Below are positions 1 to 9,198 of a stretch of 29,434 bases of DNA, in pieces. Both the position numbers and the translations under genes were made by a program. Below the pieces are notes generated by a model, which ran no database searches, was not told where the DNA came from, and saw only the letters and a program-made list of their open reading frames with translations. How positions within the stretch are numbered: position 1 is the first letter of the stretch; every line of letters starts with the position of its first letter. This stretch comes from a virus (taxonomy: Duplodnaviria; Caudoviricetes), in IMG/VR virus record IMGVR_UViG_3300014818_000023, positions 1 to 29,434 of that record; one strand, written 5' to 3'.

Positions 1-1
1 T

Positions 2-232
2 GGGTTAGACAAGGCGTTTGACCCTGTAGAACGACCACAGCACTACGGTCAAGGAGAGATCGAATGTATCGACTACATCCAAGACTTCCTTAGCTTTAAC
101 GAATACTGTGGGTACCTCCGAGGGAATATAGCAAAGTATCTGCATCGTTGGCGTTATAAGAATGGCCTAGAAGACCTTAACAAAGCACGGTGGTATATGG
201 ACCGCCTAATAGACTTGGAGACAAACGGATGA
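2..232 (+). CDS. DUF3310-family phage protein (T7 gp1.7-like putative nucleotide kinase), 5'-truncated by window edge
   Basis: Not in the ORF track. Frame 2 reads GLDKAFDPVERPQHYGQGEIECIDYIQDFLSFNEYCGYLRGNIAKYLHRWRYKNGLEDLNKARWYMDRLIDLETNG*, with the DPV..P.HY..G.IECID, GN..KY..R...KNG.EDL.KA.WY signature. Confidence 0.9.
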   Translation, partial: GLDKAFDPVERPQHYGQGEIECIDYIQDFLSFNEYCGYLRGNIAKYLHRWRYKNGLEDLNKARWYMDRLIDLETNG

Positions 233-375
233 CATTATTTGAAGCAATCCTAGTAGCTAACATCTTTGTGGGTGCCTACTGTGCATACCAACTTGGGCAG
301 ATGAATGGTGACATTGAGACACTGTATGAAGGTCTAGCAACCGTCATTACTAATGCACAAGAGAAGAAAGACTGA
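229..375 (+). CDS. small membrane-anchored hypothetical protein (48 aa)
   Basis: ATG 229 overlaps the upstream TGA (ATGA) and follows GGAG. Hydrophobic N-terminus MTLFEAILVANIFVGAYCAY. The track start at 190 is probably too early. Confidence 0.7.
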   Translation: MTLFEAILVANIFVGAYCAYQLGQMNGDIETLYEGLATVITNAQEKKD

Positions 376-401
376 CACCCCTGCGAGGGAATTAGAATCA
401 G

Positions 402-443
402 AAAAGCCGTAGGCGTCCTTGAGTGGATACCTACGGCTTTTTT
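402..443. terminator. bidirectional rho-independent terminator
   Basis: AAAAGCCGTAGG...CCTACGGCTTTTTT inverted repeat with an A-tract on the left and a T-tract on the right, between convergent gene blocks. Confidence 0.9.
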
Positions 444-448
444 GTGTC

Positions 449-778
449 TTACTTACGTCTGAATAGTCTGAGTAGTCCCCTGCCCATCTCATTAGGTGAG
501 GGAGCTAACCAACCAAGGATCAACAGGATTAACATAAGAGGGTCAATCTCAGTGTTCTTAGTAGTGCTAGTGTCCTGTATGATATTATCTACAGGTGCTT
601 CCACCCTCAGCTGTGGACGTATGGAGTTATTTAAACCTACGTTCTGTGTGTTCTCTTTACCAATCTGAGTGTTGGCTGCTACGTTGGTACCCCCTCCGAG
701 GGGAATTAAGGAGCTTATCTGACTGCAACTACTTAGCGTTGTTATCAGGGCTAACGACAGAATGAGTTGTTTTACCAT
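449..778 (-). CDS. lipoprotein with C-terminal hydrophobic segment; candidate unimolecular spanin
   Basis: From ATG 778: MVKQLILSLALITTLSS|C lipobox, polar spacer, then PLMLILLILGWLAP and a basic tail RGLLRLFRRK. Last gene of the lysis block. Confidence 0.65.
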   Translation of the reverse strand: MVKQLILSLALITTLSSCSQISSLIPLGGGTNVAANTQIGKENTQNVGLNNSIRPQLRVEAPVDNIIQDTSTTKNTEIDPLMLILLILGWLAPSPNEMGRGLLRLFRRK

Positions 779-959
779 TAACGTATATCCCAAAGAAGCC
801 AGCCCCTGCACCGACAATTACAGAAACAAACCCCGCCTGAGCATTAGTTGGGTCAGGTAGGGCCATGAACCAGTTTGTTGTATTATAGAAAGCCAGACCA
901 TACAAGGTGATAATCATACGGGGCCAGATACGCCACTTGTCTAACCACTCAGGTGTCAT
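729..959 (-). CDS. holin-like 2-TM membrane protein
   Basis: 76 aa with two hydrophobic segments (MIITLYGLAFY..WFMAL; AGFVSVIVGAGAGFFGIYV), located in the lysis cassette; ATGA coupling to the upstream gene. Confidence 0.6.
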   Translation of the reverse strand: MTPEWLDKWRIWPRMIITLYGLAFYNTTNWFMALPDPTNAQAGFVSVIVGAGAGFFGIYVNGKTTHSVVSPDNNAK

Positions 960-1252
960 GGTCTTGTCCGCAACAGTGTCTCTAGGTGCTTGATGGTGGC
1001 GTTGGCTTCCGCCAGTGCAGCTTTAACTTCCCCCATCTCTAGCAGTAGTTGTTCCTTGTCTAAGGTAAGTTGGTCCATCTTTGTTGCCAGACGATCCACC
1101 TGTTCTTTCAGCGTGTCATTAAATTGTGCCACCACCGCATCATCCTTTAGTGCCTTTTCATGGTTCTGTTTAGCTTTCAACGTGAGAAAACCCCAAGCCC
1201 CAGCTGATCCAAGTAGGGTTACAGCTAGGGTCATTATTTGAGTGCTATCCAT
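956..1252 (-). CDS. single-TM coiled-coil protein, lysis-associated
   Basis: ATG 1252 with GAGG upstream. N-terminal TM IMTLAVTLLGSAGAWGFLTL followed by a heptad-rich helix. Confidence 0.65.
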   Translation of the reverse strand: MDSTQIMTLAVTLLGSAGAWGFLTLKAKQNHEKALKDDAVVAQFNDTLKEQVDRLATKMDQLTLDKEQLLLEMGEVKAALAEANATIKHLETLLRTRP

Positions 1253-1721
1253 TGGCAAACCTCTTGCGTTCTAGTAGTTGTCGTTGTGTTAAGTTTGCTA
1301 AGTACAGAGAGTGCAGTGACATCCAGATGAGTGCATACCCGTGGAACCATTCAGATACGCTGTGACCCATCTGCATAGAGCTACGCATAGCTGACGTGTA
1401 GCCATTAGCACCATGTATCATATAGGTTGGCTCTGCTAAGTGGGGTTGGTGCATAAAGAACAACGCCAGAATGTATGTAGATAGCACCATGTCCACTAGC
1501 AGGGCAACTAGGAGGGTACTACGACTGCACCAGACCATTATAGGTAGGATAGCCAAGCTAACAGCGCCCCACGAAGCAATTAGCCAGTTGGGGAAGCATG
1601 AGGGGTCGATACCGTAGAACATACCTGCAATCAGTGCGCCCCAGAAGCTATAGCTAACCATCTGTGCAGGGCCATTAGCCCCTTTGATCTTGTCTAGCGT
1701 CCCAGACAGACCTAAACTCAC
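1245..1721 (-). CDS. multi-pass (about 4 TM) membrane protein, function unknown
   Basis: GTG start overlaps the endolysin stop (GTGA); four hydrophobic stretches; several His residues. Confidence 0.7.
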   Translation of the reverse strand: MSLGLSGTLDKIKGANGPAQMVSYSFWGALIAGMFYGIDPSCFPNWLIASWGAVSLAILPIMVWCSRSTLLVALLVDMVLSTYILALFFMHQPHLAEPTYMIHGANGYTSAMRSSMQMGHSVSEWFHGYALIWMSLHSLYLANLTQRQLLERKRFANG

Positions 1722-2092
1722 GGGTACGTCTTTCGTGAGAGTTCAAAATGTGGGCCGTCAGGAAAACTCTTCCAGTCGCCACCCCAAACAATATCAATCT
1801 CAAGCTCCTCAGCAGCAGCCTTCATAGCATCAGCAATAGGGTAGAAGCCTTCCCACTCCCATGAGATAGGCCAAGGTGCTAGGTCTACAGCATGACCAGT
1901 TAGGTGTCGTGAGTTCATCGTAGTAGACTTACCAGCCTTATACAACTCCCGTTGACGACTTACGTTACGGATACCTTCGATCACTGTGAAGTCTTGTTCG
2001 GTAATCTCAATAGCCCGTTTAACTACAGCGACCATATCAGGGTGTACACCTGACAGCTTCTGCTTACTACGTGTTCCAAGTTTATACGACAT
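1718..2092 (-). CDS. endolysin, peptidase M15 family (L-alanyl-D-glutamate peptidase, T5 lys-like)
   Basis: Motifs EGIR...RQ..L, SRHLTGHAVD, WGGDW..F.DGPHFEL. ATG 2092 with AAGGA RBS; no signal peptide. Confidence 0.92.
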   Translation of the reverse strand: MSYKLGTRSKQKLSGVHPDMVAVVKRAIEITEQDFTVIEGIRNVSRQRELYKAGKSTTMNSRHLTGHAVDLAPWPISWEWEGFYPIADAMKAAAEELEIDIVWGGDWKSFPDGPHFELSRKTYP

Positions 2093-2102
2093 TAGGTTAT
2101 CC

Positions 2103-3248
2103 TTATGCAAATTCAAAGATCAAGACGAAGCCATCGCCACCAGCACCTGAGCTTAAGTAAGTGGGCCCACCATTTTGGTTATAGGCGGAAGCGCCTCCAC
2201 CACCGCCACCTCTGCTACCCGCACCAGCATTGGCGGTGGCGCTGGTATCTCGCCGATCTGCACGTCCAGCGCCACCTGCTCCAGTGTAACCCTTTGAGTA
2301 CCAAAGCCCTGAGAAACTATTAATAACTTCGTTATAAGTGCTACCACCAGAAAAACTACCACTGCCTGTGCTGTTAGCACCATTGGCACTTCCACCATCA
2401 GGTAACCTACTACCGCCCCCACCAGAGGCTGCAACCTCTGTACTTGTCGCACTGGCAGACCCCGAAGAGCCACCCGTTAAGTTAATTTGACCACCGCTTG
2501 CTGTACCTCCAGAGGCCCCAGATAAAGTACCGTTACCCTGAGTACCACCAGAACCCCCATTAGCCGTCATGGTTATGCCAGAGCCAGTGAATCGGGACAG
2601 GGAGCCACTGTCACCGTTGTTTTTGTTGACCCCTTTTGAAGCGCCCCCAGAACCTACCGTAATAGCATAAGAGTTGCTAGAGGATAGGTCTACAAAAGAA
2701 AAGCAAGCACCACCACCCCCACCACCTGTTGCCGCATCACCAAAGAGTGTAGCCGCACCAGACCCGCCAGCACCCACAACGCAAACAATAGCTTTGCAAG
2801 TGTTAACTGGGGACCAAGAGGCGTCTGAGGAAGTAAAAAAGTTTATCTTACTCACATAAGAAGATGAGGCATTGGCAATTACAGCAGCCTTGACATTAGC
2901 TGGCGACACAAGGCTCTGTGTCGTACCTGTACCAGCTTGCCAAGTAGCTGTTGACTGGTCCCCCAGAATACCTGTTTGAGTACCACTTGTGTTTACAACT
3001 TTGGTGTCGTCTAGTATTTCTAGCCCACCTGACTGGTCGATGTAAGCCACGTTAAGCCAAGCTGTGTTAGCTTCGTTGCGCATATACAGTCGGTTTGTGT
3101 CCGTCTCATACCACAGCATGTTAGCGTAGGTAGTTGAAGGCGCAGCGGTTCCACTGTTGTTAGAGGCCAGAGCCTGTAGCGCATTGTTAATGTCACTACG
3201 TGCGCTACTGGCTGTCTGGTTGGCGATAGAAAAGTCATGTTGTGACAT
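2103..3248 (-). CDS. tail fibre / receptor-binding protein with glycine-rich C-terminal domain
   Basis: N-terminal SQHDFSIANQ...RSDINNALQAL...APSTTYANMLWY fibre-attachment region; C-terminal VVGAGGSG / ITVGSGG / GGDGFVLI glycine-rich domain; follows the tail-tip gene. Confidence 0.8.
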   Translation of the reverse strand: MSQHDFSIANQTASSARSDINNALQALASNNSGTAAPSTTYANMLWYETDTNRLYMRNEANTAWLNVAYIDQSGGLEILDDTKVVNTSGTQTGILGDQSTATWQAGTGTTQSLVSPANVKAAVIANASSSYVSKINFFTSSDASWSPVNTCKAIVCVVGAGGSGAATLFGDAATGGGGGGACFSFVDLSSSNSYAITVGSGGASKGVNKNNGDSGSLSRFTGSGITMTANGGSGGTQGNGTLSGASGGTASGGQINLTGGSSGSASATSTEVAASGGGGSRLPDGGSANGANSTGSGSFSGGSTYNEVINSFSGLWYSKGYTGAGGAGRADRRDTSATANAGAGSRGGGGGGASAYNQNGGPTYLSSGAGGDGFVLIFEFA

Positions 3249-3253
3249 AGTTC

Positions 3254-5932
3254 TTAATACTCCACTGTAGCACTAAGTGCTGTTATATTCGGGGTTACTT
3301 TTGCATTAGCGTTAGATAGGACAGCACGGAACTGGATGTAACGACCAACAATCTCTCCAGAGGCTGTTACCCAAGGTGCGCTAGATAGGCCAGCTACTGT
3401 TGTTGCAGCCCTAGCTTGTACGATTACTGCGAAGTCGTTAAAGTTAGCAGTCTCTTCTGTCCATGTGTCGAAGTTGTCTGGCCAAGTATCCCAGTTGTTA
3501 GGTATAGCATCCCAGCTAATTTCTCCACCCACAGCATCTTGGTGTTTACGGGAAACTGTTATGCCCGAACTAATCCTAACTGTGCGTGAAGTGCCTACAT
3601 CAAAGTAGCCTGCTCCGTCATGGTCAAAGCCATAAGTACCTGTAGAGCCAGAGCTTGAGTAGTTAGCCATAAACAGACTGCCACCAGCCACTGTTAAGTT
3701 AGACTTTGTACCACTGAAACTAGGGTTCTCCGTGTGAGTATCAGATATGTTGAGGCTCGGTAACTCAGCGGCACTGATTACGGTAGAGGAAGCGGTTGCG
3801 CTTTCGTTACCAGTCTTATCTACAGAAGACACAAAGAACTTACCCGCAAGAGCAGGGTACGAGATTGATGTAGCAGGCCTAGCGATTTTTTCTACAACGG
3901 CAAGTGTAGAAGCATCACCAAGGTTAGCTGACGCATTAGCAGAGTAGTACAGCTTATAGTGCGACAAATCTAGGTCAGCAACGGAAGTCCAGTCAAAGAA
4001 GATAGTACCGCCTGACAGTAAGTGTGTAAGGCTACTAGGTGCAGCTGGTGGTGTTGTATCAGCTGTAAGGTTATAGCTTGTCTCAACAGCTGGGCCCCTA
4101 AAACCAAGGGCGTTAACTGGGGTTACAGAGATGGTATAGTTGATAGGAGCTTCGTTAACCTGTGGTGCATCTACACCAATGATCTCGAACCTACCTGCGG
4201 AATCACCGCCGTTAATCAAGATCGTTTGACCGACAGACTTAAAGTTAGTGTCAGAGGTCTTCTTGTACTTAAGGATAACGGAGTCAACACGTTCTATGGC
4301 GTCACTGTTGGCTTGTACCACAAGGACGTTAACTACGTTCTCGTTAACCTCACGGTACTCTTGGGTTACCGTAAGACCGATTGACGGTACATCATAGTAT
4401 TTCAGAAGTGTGGTATTGTTAGATAAGATTTCCTTTTCGTCACTAACACCAAAGCCAAACGCAGCCTCACTGCTTTCACGAAGCTGCAAGTTAACTCTTA
4501 AGTCTAGGTTCTCAGGATCAGGGTTAAGACGCCAGCCTGTTACCTCAAAGGTTTTCTCATTACCAACACCCCAACCATAACGCTCGTTACGGAACTTAAT
4601 GAAGTCACCAACCTCAACGTCTAAGGCGTTTAACCCAAAGTCAGCAGACAAAGACATCTGTTCTCTGCTTCTGTACAGTGTCTGCTTTGCTAGACGTTGT
4701 GCTGCAATACTGTTTGTGGTAAACGGCAACTGTAGGTCGGTAGCAGTCTCTACGTTGTTGTCGTCAGCTAAGAATAGGTCCGATGCAACAGCAGGATAGT
4801 CCGCACTGATCCAGTCTTGGGTCTTGTCGATAAACGTACCAGTGATCTTGTTGAAGTTATCTCTTGTAGACACTTTCGTATCAAGTGAGATACCAGACCT
4901 AAGATCGTCTAGTGTGAGGGTTTTTGTGGGTGTGATAAACTCACCAGCGTATAGCTTCCAGTGACCAGCACCCCAGAAGAGAGTACCAGCACAAGAGGTC
5001 ATCATCTGGTTAAGTATATCACCGATAGGTTGGTTAAGGCTAACTACACCATCAACAACATACTGGCGCGACCCGTCCGACAAAATGTCAGTCTTGTCAG
5101 ATACAACAGCAGCAGCCTCAAACGTAGCATCGTCGATACTGTCGTCGTCTAGGCCGTACTCAGAAGTTAGATAGTCTCTGATGACCCAAGCAGCGTTGTT
5201 AGTATATACAGGTGTCTGTTCTACGCCATTGATAGTCTTAACTAGCTTCTTACCCTTTACAACTGCGGTAACTGTAGGTAGGCCGTTAGTGTAAGCGTCT
5301 TGGTCGTATGTGAAGCGACAATATAAGTAAGAGAGACCTTTGCCTACGAAGTCACTGCCCGTACTTGTTTCTGCAATAAGTGTGCTGGCTAGATCAGAAC
5401 TACTGTTAGCAAAGCTATCATTTACGCTAGTCTGGTTACCAGTGTGCTTATATACCTTTAGGAAGCCATTGTAAGGGGCAGAGGTTACATTCTCATTAGA
5501 CATAGTGACGACTTCATCATTCAAGTAGATGTCGCCAATCTCTTCAACCTCATGGTTGGCTAGTACAATGATCTGGTGAAGTATCTTGTTGTTAGAACCA
5601 GTAGATTCTAGGAAGGTAACAGTACCACCCTTACGTACTTGACCGTATACGACCTGTGAGGGGTCTGTAGCACCCTTACCGTTAGTTAGTAGCCCTGAGC
5701 TACCAGATGCACTACCGTTGTCTGGCTTAGGCATTAGGACGCTCATAAGGAGGTTGGTAACTAGGGTAGTAGCGATATAGCCGACTATCATTTGGCCTGT
5801 AAGGCCGAAGAGAATTGCAGTAGTGCCGACATTAGCTCCAAGGATAAAGGAACCAATAGATACAGGGTCTCTAGGTGCTTTATCCCACTGGTTAGCATGG
5901 TTCATTACATTGTAAGGTAGGTTATTTTTCAT
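3254..5932 (-). CDS. tail tip / central hub protein (lambda gpJ-like host specificity protein) with FN3-like domains
   Basis: VVYGQVRKGG, TAVVKGKK, LDVEVGD..., DTTPPAAPSSL and SVDKTGNES motifs; 892 aa; position after the L/K-like genes. Confidence 0.85.
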   Translation of the reverse strand: MKNNLPYNVMNHANQWDKAPRDPVSIGSFILGANVGTTAILFGLTGQMIVGYIATTLVTNLLMSVLMPKPDNGSASGSSGLLTNGKGATDPSQVVYGQVRKGGTVTFLESTGSNNKILHQIIVLANHEVEEIGDIYLNDEVVTMSNENVTSAPYNGFLKVYKHTGNQTSVNDSFANSSSDLASTLIAETSTGSDFVGKGLSYLYCRFTYDQDAYTNGLPTVTAVVKGKKLVKTINGVEQTPVYTNNAAWVIRDYLTSEYGLDDDSIDDATFEAAAVVSDKTDILSDGSRQYVVDGVVSLNQPIGDILNQMMTSCAGTLFWGAGHWKLYAGEFITPTKTLTLDDLRSGISLDTKVSTRDNFNKITGTFIDKTQDWISADYPAVASDLFLADDNNVETATDLQLPFTTNSIAAQRLAKQTLYRSREQMSLSADFGLNALDVEVGDFIKFRNERYGWGVGNEKTFEVTGWRLNPDPENLDLRVNLQLRESSEAAFGFGVSDEKEILSNNTTLLKYYDVPSIGLTVTQEYREVNENVVNVLVVQANSDAIERVDSVILKYKKTSDTNFKSVGQTILINGGDSAGRFEIIGVDAPQVNEAPINYTISVTPVNALGFRGPAVETSYNLTADTTPPAAPSSLTHLLSGGTIFFDWTSVADLDLSHYKLYYSANASANLGDASTLAVVEKIARPATSISYPALAGKFFVSSVDKTGNESATASSTVISAAELPSLNISDTHTENPSFSGTKSNLTVAGGSLFMANYSSSGSTGTYGFDHDGAGYFDVGTSRTVRISSGITVSRKHQDAVGGEISWDAIPNNWDTWPDNFDTWTEETANFNDFAVIVQARAATTVAGLSSAPWVTASGEIVGRYIQFRAVLSNANAKVTPNITALSATVEY

Positions 5933-6339
5933 TTAAGAACCCATGCACTTTCTACGTCCTCGACGTTCAATCTGATAAGACCTTCTTTAGATAAGAAGAC
6001 GCTCCTAGACCCAAGGCATATACCAAGAGCCACACCAGTTACCCACCGCTGGTTCTTCTTTGTCGTGACAAGACTGCCAAAGACGGGTTGTTCTATCTTA
6101 GCCATCTTATGACATAAGGCTGCGTCTATCGTAGAGTACCTAAACTCCCGCATCATAGAACGCTTACCGTGAGGCATAGAGCCATTCATATAACGACCCA
6201 TCCAGTCGTCAGCATAACCCACACCGTGCATAGCCCTAAAGGCACCGTTGGTGAAGGTAAAGCAGTCGTGAGTACCCCACTCGAATGGGAGACCCGATAC
6301 GTTCTCTAAGTAGGCGTTTAGCCTGTCGCTCTTCCCCAT
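5929..6339 (-). CDS. NlpC/P60-like tail assembly protein (gpK-position)
   Basis: PFEWGTHDCFTF and ALGIC.G motifs; lies between the minor tail gene and the J-like gene. Confidence 0.75.
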   Translation of the reverse strand: MGKSDRLNAYLENVSGLPFEWGTHDCFTFTNGAFRAMHGVGYADDWMGRYMNGSMPHGKRSMMREFRYSTIDAALCHKMAKIEQPVFGSLVTTKKNQRWVTGVALGICLGSRSVFLSKEGLIRLNVEDVESAWVLK

Positions 6340-6920
6340 GCTACTTGCTGGTCCTGTATAGACTGCACATAGGAAAAGAAAGTATCACCACTGTGACGGG
6401 ACTTGTGGCTTTCATCTGTATATCTCCAATTACGGGAACGCTCCAACTCAACCAGCTTGCTCTCAATGGTCATAACCACTGTAGACATGTCTGGTTCGTC
6501 TGTGATCTGCATAGTGTCCATTTGACCACTAAAGATTTCAACGACACTGGGTACGCTCTTTTCACCCATGTAAACTCTTGCCTTACGTCTTTGGTAAGGC
6601 TCTTGCATAGCTAGGGAAATGATAGAGCTATCAAGACCTGTTAGGCTGATTGTCATTGCTTTAGCAGATAGGTCACCCACCTCTTCGGCAGCTGCGATAT
6701 TAAGTAAGGCACCAGTACCAGCGAAAACCTGATCGGTACCCCTTACGTTAATAGTTCTGTTGCCAAGACCAGTCCACATACGCATGGGGCCAATGTCTAT
6801 AGGGTCGCCATTAACATCTGTTGTGGTCTTAACGTCAAACAGTAACTCAACAGCGTAGAAGGGTTCTACAGAGTTGCCTGTTAACGCAGCAAGTAGCCCA
6901 CTGTCTATTGTACGGCTCAT
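6318..6920 (-). CDS. minor tail / tail-tip protein (gpL-position)
   Basis: MRMWTG.G, IFSGQMD.M.I, IESKLVEL.R...RYT...H...GD.FF motifs typical of this siphophage tip gene. Confidence 0.75.
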   Translation of the reverse strand: MSRTIDSGLLAALTGNSVEPFYAVELLFDVKTTTDVNGDPIDIGPMRMWTGLGNRTINVRGTDQVFAGTGALLNIAAAEEVGDLSAKAMTISLTGLDSSIISLAMQEPYQRRKARVYMGEKSVPSVVEIFSGQMDTMQITDEPDMSTVVMTIESKLVELERSRNWRYTDESHKSRHSGDTFFSYVQSIQDQQVAWGRATG

Positions 6921-7504
6921 CCTACGACCTCCGTAGCCCCAAAGGATATGCCAAAGAAACTGGCGTTATCTACGGACCAAGACGTTTCGTTGGAAGCTAG
7001 TCTAAACACACCAGAGGCTTTAACCAAGACGGCTGATACGCTAGAACGATCTTTACGCAGCTTAGGCCATATCTCTAATGTACCATCACCACTTTGGTCA
7101 ACTAAGACCTTGTGTAGTGTCGCATCAGAGGAAGCCCCCAGCTGAATATAGTCGCCAGCTTTAAGTGTGCCTGTCATAACAACAGTAACGCTATCATCAC
7201 CAACACTGCCGTTAACTGTAGCGGAAGTAGCAGTACCCCTAGTGGACTTAGCAGAGGGGTCGTATAGCAAGAACGAACCTGCACGACCCTTCATCGACAT
7301 AAGGAAAGACACCCAAGCCTCAGCATCGTCTCTGTTCATAGGAGGCAGAGTTACGTCCGCCTCCCACATTTGACCATCGTAGGAATGTGTCTGTGACTTG
7401 TATGTGAATGGTGACATAGATACAGCGACTGTATTCTTAGCCCGTAGTTCAATACTAGCCATACCAATATTAGTTGGCATAGTAAGTGGATAAGATATAG
7501 CCAT
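6917..7504 (-). CDS. distal tail protein (Dit-like)
   Basis: SPFTY..Q....GQMWEADVTLPPM, LKAGDYIQLG and IWPKLR motifs; directly after the tape measure gene. Confidence 0.75.
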   Translation of the reverse strand: MAISYPLTMPTNIGMASIELRAKNTVAVSMSPFTYKSQTHSYDGQMWEADVTLPPMNRDDAEAWVSFLMSMKGRAGSFLLYDPSAKSTRGTATSATVNGSVGDDSVTVVMTGTLKAGDYIQLGASSDATLHKVLVDQSGDGTLEIWPKLRKDRSSVSAVLVKASGVFRLASNETSWSVDNASFFGISFGATEVVG

Positions 7505-9198
7505 TATGCAAATGCACTCCCATAACTACCACCACGTCTCTTCGCATCTAGTACAGCACCCTTGGCACTCTGAGCGATCTGTGGCATCATTTGTCGGATT
7601 TCAGCACGTACAGTTTGTTGTACGCCTGTCGATACGTTAATGTTCTGGACGACAGTAACACCACCAGCATTAGTCTGACTTGCAGGAGTAATATGTCCGC
7701 CACCCATAGTAGGTGTAAACATCTCAGGACCACGTTCGCCTACAAGATAACTACCTCCACTTGCAACTGGACCACCGTTAGCCTTACCACCAAGGAGGGG
7801 TATTTTAGAACCCTCCAGCGCACCTGTAATCACGCCAGTAATCTTCTTAACGACATAAATGCGGTATAGCTCTTTAATGATCTCAGCGGCCATAGACTTG
7901 AAAGCATCCTTAACAGACTTAGTGCCGTCAATCAACCCCATCATTGCGCTTTCCATAGAATTGGCTAGTGCATCACGGGCTAACTCAGCATCAGACTTGA
8001 CTTCCTTGAGCTTACTCTTAGTTCCATCAGCAGCTTTATTGATTAGGCTAAAGTAGCTACCCAAGTCAAACTCACCTATAGCTTCCATAGCTGCTTTCAT
8101 CTCAACCATAGAAGGCATTGGCTTGTCCATCTGAACACGAAGCGCACTTAGCGCAGCCTCTGCTTTCATAAAGGACGAAGTGGCTTCCTCTATTATCCTA
8201 GTCTCATTGTCGAGGTTAGCGGAACCGAGGTCAACCATGTCTTTACCTCTTGCGAAGGCTTCCATGATAGATGTACCAAAACCTTCGTACTCTTCCTTAG
8301 CTTTATTTTTAGTTGATGTTGGTATCTCGTCTATTTTACCAAAACCTGTACCACCAAACCGTTCGAAGGCAGTGTTAAGTACATTAATCATTTTGTTGGC
8401 TTTGTCGATAACTTTGTTTATAGCGTTAGCAAACAAATCTCCGAACCAACTACTAAAGTTCTTAAAGATGGCTTTAATGTTGACCCAAGCTGTCTTATAC
8501 ACTTGTACATAAGCAAGGCCAAAACCTACAGCAAACCCTAGTACAGCTTCTAGCCCTTCTCTAAATCCGATCTTAAATTTAATCAGGAAGTTGTTGACGT
8601 TTAGGTTAATCTTAGCGTTCATACTCTGTATCCCAAGACCTAACGCTTCCCAGTACAACTTAGCCTTAGCAATAACGTCTTTAGTGATAGCAGGTAAGTA
8701 CGACAGGAAGGTGTACCACTTAGCTAGGCTAACGATCATAAAGTTAATTACTTTCATCACTTGGCTACCCAGCCACTTAATCGCGTCACCTATAGCTGTA
8801 AGGAAAGGCATAGCCCCAGCGAAAAGTTGCTTTAGGTCTTTGGATATACGCTTGAAGTCAAACGACAACTCTTTGCCAGTCATAGAGACCTTAGCAATAG
8901 CTGTACCGATAGCTAGGGCAGCACCCGCAAGCGCACCCCACACACCAAAGATACCCAACAACTGTGGACCCTGTTGACCAAGAGCGGTCATAGCACTTGT
9001 ACCGTTCTGTACTTGGGCTGCAAAGTCACCTACTTGGAAACCAGCTTGTTGCATACCCATGCTGAACTTCTTACTACGCTTAGTTAGTTGTCCTTGTTGG
9101 ATACTCGTCTTGTTTAACGCGCCACCTAGACCTCTGACAGACGCAGTAGCTGCCTTTACCTGAGAGGAGTCTACGGTAAGTTTAATATCGTCAGCCAT
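7504..9198 (-). CDS. tail tape measure protein
   Basis: N-terminal QVGDFAAQVQNGT....ALGQQGPQL (lambda-like TMP N-domain), helical aromatic-spaced core, C-terminal ANGGPV..GGSYLVGERGPEMF.P. Confidence 0.93.
   Translation of the reverse strand: MADDIKLTVDSSQVKAATASVRGLGGALNKTSIQQGQLTKRSKKFSMGMQQAGFQVGDFAAQVQNGTSAMTALGQQGPQLLGIFGVWGALAGAALAIGTAIAKVSMTGKELSFDFKRISKDLKQLFAGAMPFLTAIGDAIKWLGSQVMKVINFMIVSLAKWYTFLSYLPAITKDVIAKAKLYWEALGLGIQSMNAKINLNVNNFLIKFKIGFREGLEAVLGFAVGFGLAYVQVYKTAWVNIKAIFKNFSSWFGDLFANAINKVIDKANKMINVLNTAFERFGGTGFGKIDEIPTSTKNKAKEEYEGFGTSIMEAFARGKDMVDLGSANLDNETRIIEEATSSFMKAEAALSALRVQMDKPMPSMVEMKAAMEAIGEFDLGSYFSLINKAADGTKSKLKEVKSDAELARDALANSMESAMMGLIDGTKSVKDAFKSMAAEIIKELYRIYVVKKITGVITGALEGSKIPLLGGKANGGPVASGGSYLVGERGPEMFTPTMGGGHITPASQTNAGGVTVVQNINVSTGVQQTVRAEIRQMMPQIAQSAKGAVLDAKRRGGSYGSAFA

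Noticed and set aside
956-1252. Rz-like i-spanin call
   Set aside because: Basic residues follow rather than precede the TM, suggesting a cytoplasmic coiled coil; the nearby lipoprotein has its own hydrophobic C-terminus.
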